From: Lama guanicoe
Lineage: Eukaryota
Length of the DNA: 64,000 nt
Reading direction: 5' to 3'
Assembly: GCA_013239625.1 (NCBI GenBank)
Contig: MU053881.1
Location: 15,988,373 to 16,052,372, forward strand
In this document: piece by piece, positions 60,131-64,000 of the stretch
How positions within the stretch are numbered: the first letter of the stretch is position 1
How the letters are laid out: each line of letters starts with the position of its first letter
Made by a program: the position numbers and the translations under genes
The notes under the pieces: model-generated
What the model saw: only the letters and a program-made list of their open reading frames with translations
What the model was told of the DNA's origin: nothing
Databases searched by the model: none

Positions 60131-62392
60131 TTACTCAGGGCCAAGTCGCTCGCTCATCCTCACGAACATCTTCCGGATTGAAAAGACCGAGTCCTTCGGT
60201 GTCAGGCCCACGTGCAACGCAGGACATGCTTGTTACTTTCCCCCTGCTCAAAATTCTCCCCGGCCCAGCCTGGGTTCTTCCCACACTGAACTCTTACGTA
60301 TCCAGGCACTCTTCCCTGGATTCTCCCGGAGGAGAGGCCCTGATTTAGGACTTCGGAATGTAAGACTTAGAAGCCACTGCAAACTTTTGCAGCTATGATT
60401 TCCGCTCCCAGCCTTGACTGACTCCACCTCCCACTGTGGACTTAGGCGAGTTTAACATTTTCTGGGTCTGTTTCCTCCCTTGGGAAACAGGCAGTGTGGC
60501 AGTGACACGGGCTAGCCCTGGGAGCAAGAGGTGGGGCCGGGTCACCCCTAAGGCCCAGGACCCTGTGGACAGAACCCCACGTGGGTCCCCAGGAAGCCAA
60601 GGCCCCTTGTACGAGCCCCCCGTCCTGGAGTAGACAGGGTGAGGACAGGGATTTCACAGAGACTGAAGTCTAGCATGCAGCCCTCAACCATCTTCCCATC
60701 TGTGTGTCAGGATCACACTGCTGGGCCTGGTACCCGTAAAGTACCACGGAGGAGACTAAACTCAAGAGTATTGATAAAGGGGACTCTAGAGGCAGACGAG
60801 ATGGGGCAGGGTCTGAATCCCAGCCCTGCCCCATCCCAGCTGTGTGGCCTTGGACAAGCCTGCCAACTCCTCAGCATGTACCATCTAAACTCAGGTTTTT
60901 TTGGAGTCTCCAACTCTCCTGCCCCCAAGGGCCCCACGTGCCAGCCAGTTCCCACAATTGTCCATTTGACTACAACCTGGGAGCTCCTCTGCTGGGGGTG
61001 GTGGTAGTAGTGGTTCTGATTCTAGTAGGTCCACCAGGAACTGACTACCCACCCCTCTTCCCGGCAGATGGCTTCATCAGCTGACATTTAAGCCCCTGCT
61101 GGGGAGAGGCTAGGTGTGACAGGAGGCAGCTCCCAGGATCAATAAACAAGCCCTTATAGCAAAGCCCACCCCCCTTGTGTGAAGAGTATGTATGAAATTC
61201 CAACAGCAAAGTCTGCTGGAGGAACAAGGGAGGTCCTCCTAAGCAAGGAACCCAATCCCCTGCCTGCACCCCACTTGGCTGAGGCCATGATGGGGCTGAC
61301 CCCCACCCGCTATTCCCACCCACAGCTGATCTGAGTAGCAACTGCAGGCAGACACCTCTCAGGCACTTTTTCTTTATTTCATGTGGCCTCTGGGTGCCTC
61401 TGGTCCCAGACCTGTGGCCATGTGTTCAGGTGTCTGGAGAGTGGGCTGAGCCTCAGAGGGGAGCCCCACTCCAGAGATGCCAGAGGCCTAAGCTGTCACT
61501 GTTGACTTGTAGGGACGTACAACCCCAGGCCTTGCCCTCCCCACCCATGAGTGGTCCTGAATTTTGGGCTCCTGTTCTGCCACACTGGGCGGACAGTGCC
61601 AAGGGCGGCCTCCTCTGGCTTCCTGGGTCCAGGTCACAGTAGACAGAGGAGTGATGGCCACATTCGAGTCGAGTCTCCCTGGGATGTGAGGTCTATGGTG
61701 CCTGGACGGAGGCTGCCTACCACCTCAGGTCCTGGCTCCAGCCAATAGTCATCATCACGGAAGGCTCCACTGCTCCCTTGAATGCACATTGGCCAGGTGG
61801 CCACTGGCTGGACCAGAGTACGAGTCCAAGACAGACTTGGGGTAGTCAGGTGCGCCAAGTGTCCAAACAATTCATGCAGAGTCCTGGCCCTCAGACTGCC
61901 CTCCAAGCTATCCCTCAGCGTGGGTCTGAGCTTTTGAAGCTTGATGGCTGTGTGGGCTTTGCTCTGAAGACTCATGTCCAGGTTATAAGGGAGGTGCAGG
62001 GCATTAATAAAAAGTTTGTACATACACATATAAAAAAACAATTTGGTCTTCTGTTAAGGCTGTTACAGTTTAACGTTATGTAAACAACGCACAAAGAAAC
62101 AGTTACCGTAAAAACATACAAAAGGGGAGTTGGGAGATGCCAGGCTGCCCGCCATGATTCAGTGCTCTGGGCGGGCGCCTCTGTGAGACATGGGGGCTCA
62201 GCAAGGGTGGCTGGGCTTCCGCCAGCCTTTCCCTGCCTGGACTCACTTGGAGCCAGTGCCCACCTTGCATCGCTCTTGGAGCTTTTCATTCCGGATCCTT
62301 CTCAGACCACTGAATGCTGACTCTGGAGCGCTAGTGCCTAGCTCTGGCACCGGGCCATCCTTGGACACGTGAACTCCAGCAGCTGTGGGCCC

Positions 62393-63867
62393 TCAGCCAT
62401 TGGCTTGGCCCGAGGCTGGGGGCAGGCAGTAGGTCGGGGGGTCTGAGTACCTCCGCTTGGCCCCAGGTGGCCGGTCATCCTTGTCCAGAGGCTCCTGAGT
62501 GCCCTGAGCAGGCAGGTGAGCACTGGGTGTGATATACACAGAGTGTACCTGGTCCGGGCGGCGGGCAGGCGGCTCTCGGCGCCTCACCAGGGCAGCAGCT
62601 TCCTGGGTACCCGGCACCCGGCCAGGGAGATAGGAGGGCAGGCCGGGCGGGAGCTTGATGTTGGTCGTGGGCATGATGGGGGTCCGCCGGGGGGTCTTCA
62701 CTCTGACCGTCAAGAAGGACGACGGCCTTCGTCGAGGAGGGGCGGCTGCCTCAGGGAGGGGGCTCGGGGTGGGCGCGCCAGGGCAGGGGAGAGCAGGCGC
62801 GGGGGGCCCTTTTGAGAGACAGATGGCAGGGTTACTGCAGCTTCAGGGCCAGCAAATGGACCCTCGCCCTGGGGCCTTCTGGGTGTGGATACGGGAAGGA
62901 AAAAAGCTGACGCTACCTTAATACTGACCTTCCGAGGCCCCCCGCCCGGCCCGATCTTCCAACAGGCTTTCGGTGCTGGCTGATGTCTCTGAGTCCAGAT
63001 TCTCCTCATCGGACCCCCGAGGGTCCAGCTCCGGCAGCCGGTATGTGATGTCCTCCCTGGGGATGGGGGGGGTCACAATATCCAAGGCTGTTCCCATAAT
63101 GAATGATCACCCCATGGAAAAGTGCCAGGCCAGTAGGGGACAGAGTAGATCATCCTGGTCCTGGATGGAACCCCAAACCTGAACCCAAAAGCACACTGGG
63201 CCCCAAATGCCCTCAGCTCATGTGAGGAAGGTGTCAGGCTGCTGAGGAAAGCCAGGCATCTGGCCTAGTACTGAGCTAGGGAAGAGCTCTTGCCTCACGA
63301 CCTTGGCACATGTCACTCCCTCTGCCTGAAATACCCTACTCTATTCCTAAGACTTGGATGCCCAGGTGGCCCGAATTACACCTGTTCTCCTGGCATAATT
63401 TTTTAACAGCATCTTCCTTCATACTTCCATCTTGACCAGACAACAAAGTAGGGGGTCGCCCTATGTAAGGCCAACTTTAAGACAAAGTTCAGGCATCACC
63501 TCTCCATTGCCCTTCTCTTCCTATGGGCCACCATGGTTCCCTGTGGTCAAGCAGGGGTTTTAAACAGAGCCCTAGGCTGTGTTTTAGGACAGCAGCACCC
63601 CATGAGGTGGGCACTGGACCATGGGACTGAGTCTAGTCTGTCAGCCTCCTAACAGCCAGATGCCCAGTAGTGGAAGGGCCGGACATGGCGGCCAAGGGTG
63701 GCAAGGGGTCAGAGAGACACTTGCTTCTCCTCCTTGATGGACTGGATCCGCTCGATGAGGATCTCCTTCTCCCGATCCTCATCACCACCAGCCACTTCCT
63801 CCTCCGGCAGCACCCCCAGCTCCTCCAGGCCACCACTGCTGCTCCCTCGGGTCTTAGGGCTCTTGAT
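62393..63867 (-). CDS. MYO9B: Unconventional myosin IXb, last three coding exons (partial gene)
   Basis: Exons 63867-63725 (...[20 protein letters not shown]), 63056-62929 ([33 protein letters not shown]...GASE), 62808-62393 (Pro-rich tail ...[23 protein letters not shown]). AATAAA (minus) at 61378-61373. Confidence 0.95.
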
Positions 63868-64000
63868 CTGCAAAGAGAAGCGGCAGGTCTGGCCAGCCCC
63901 TCTGGTGGGTGTGGGTCGGTGCTCACAGGAAGAGAGAGGGTGGTCGGAGCAGCTCTGGGGAGGTTAGTTCTGACGTGGACAGCTGGGCTTAGTGAGGCTT

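Noticed and set aside
1..64000. A novel multi-gene system
   Set aside because: All coding exons found belong to ten known genes in their conserved mammalian order; the rest is explained by promoters, introns and common repeats.

Overview
Mammalian genomic DNA, most likely a camelid: it carries two tRNA-derived SINEs resembling camelid Vic-1 and no Alu, B1 or BovA elements were seen. The window is the gene-dense block syntenic to human 19p13.11, in reversed order: DDA1 (-, first exon only), MRPL34 (-), ABHD8 (+), ANKLE1 (-), BABAM1 (-), USHBP1 (+), NR2F6 (+), OCEL1 (-), USE1 (-) and the last three coding exons of MYO9B (-). I spliced each complete gene by hand. All give intact frames with consistent exon phases: MRPL34 95 aa, ABHD8 430 aa, ANKLE1 611 aa, BABAM1 331 aa, USHBP1 702 aa, NR2F6 412 aa, OCEL1 264 aa, USE1 260 or 273 aa. 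Gene names come from recalled orthologue sequences plus synteny, not a database search. There is a 287-nt assembly gap (40170-40456) in the NR2F6 CpG island. I see no evidence of a new multi-gene system; the interesting signals are fine-scale. They are: a ~91% identical copy of a USHBP1 coding-exon fragment inside an intronic L1; a U12-type intron before a 25-nt BABAM1 microexon; stacked uORFs in the ABHD8 leader (a Kozak start-stop and an overlapping 102-aa frame); a USE1 stop codon embedded in a poly(A) hexamer; a GC-AG intron and a stop-containing alternative donor in MYO9B; a nuclear-receptor site cluster upstream of NR2F6; and four MER20 copies around ABHD8.
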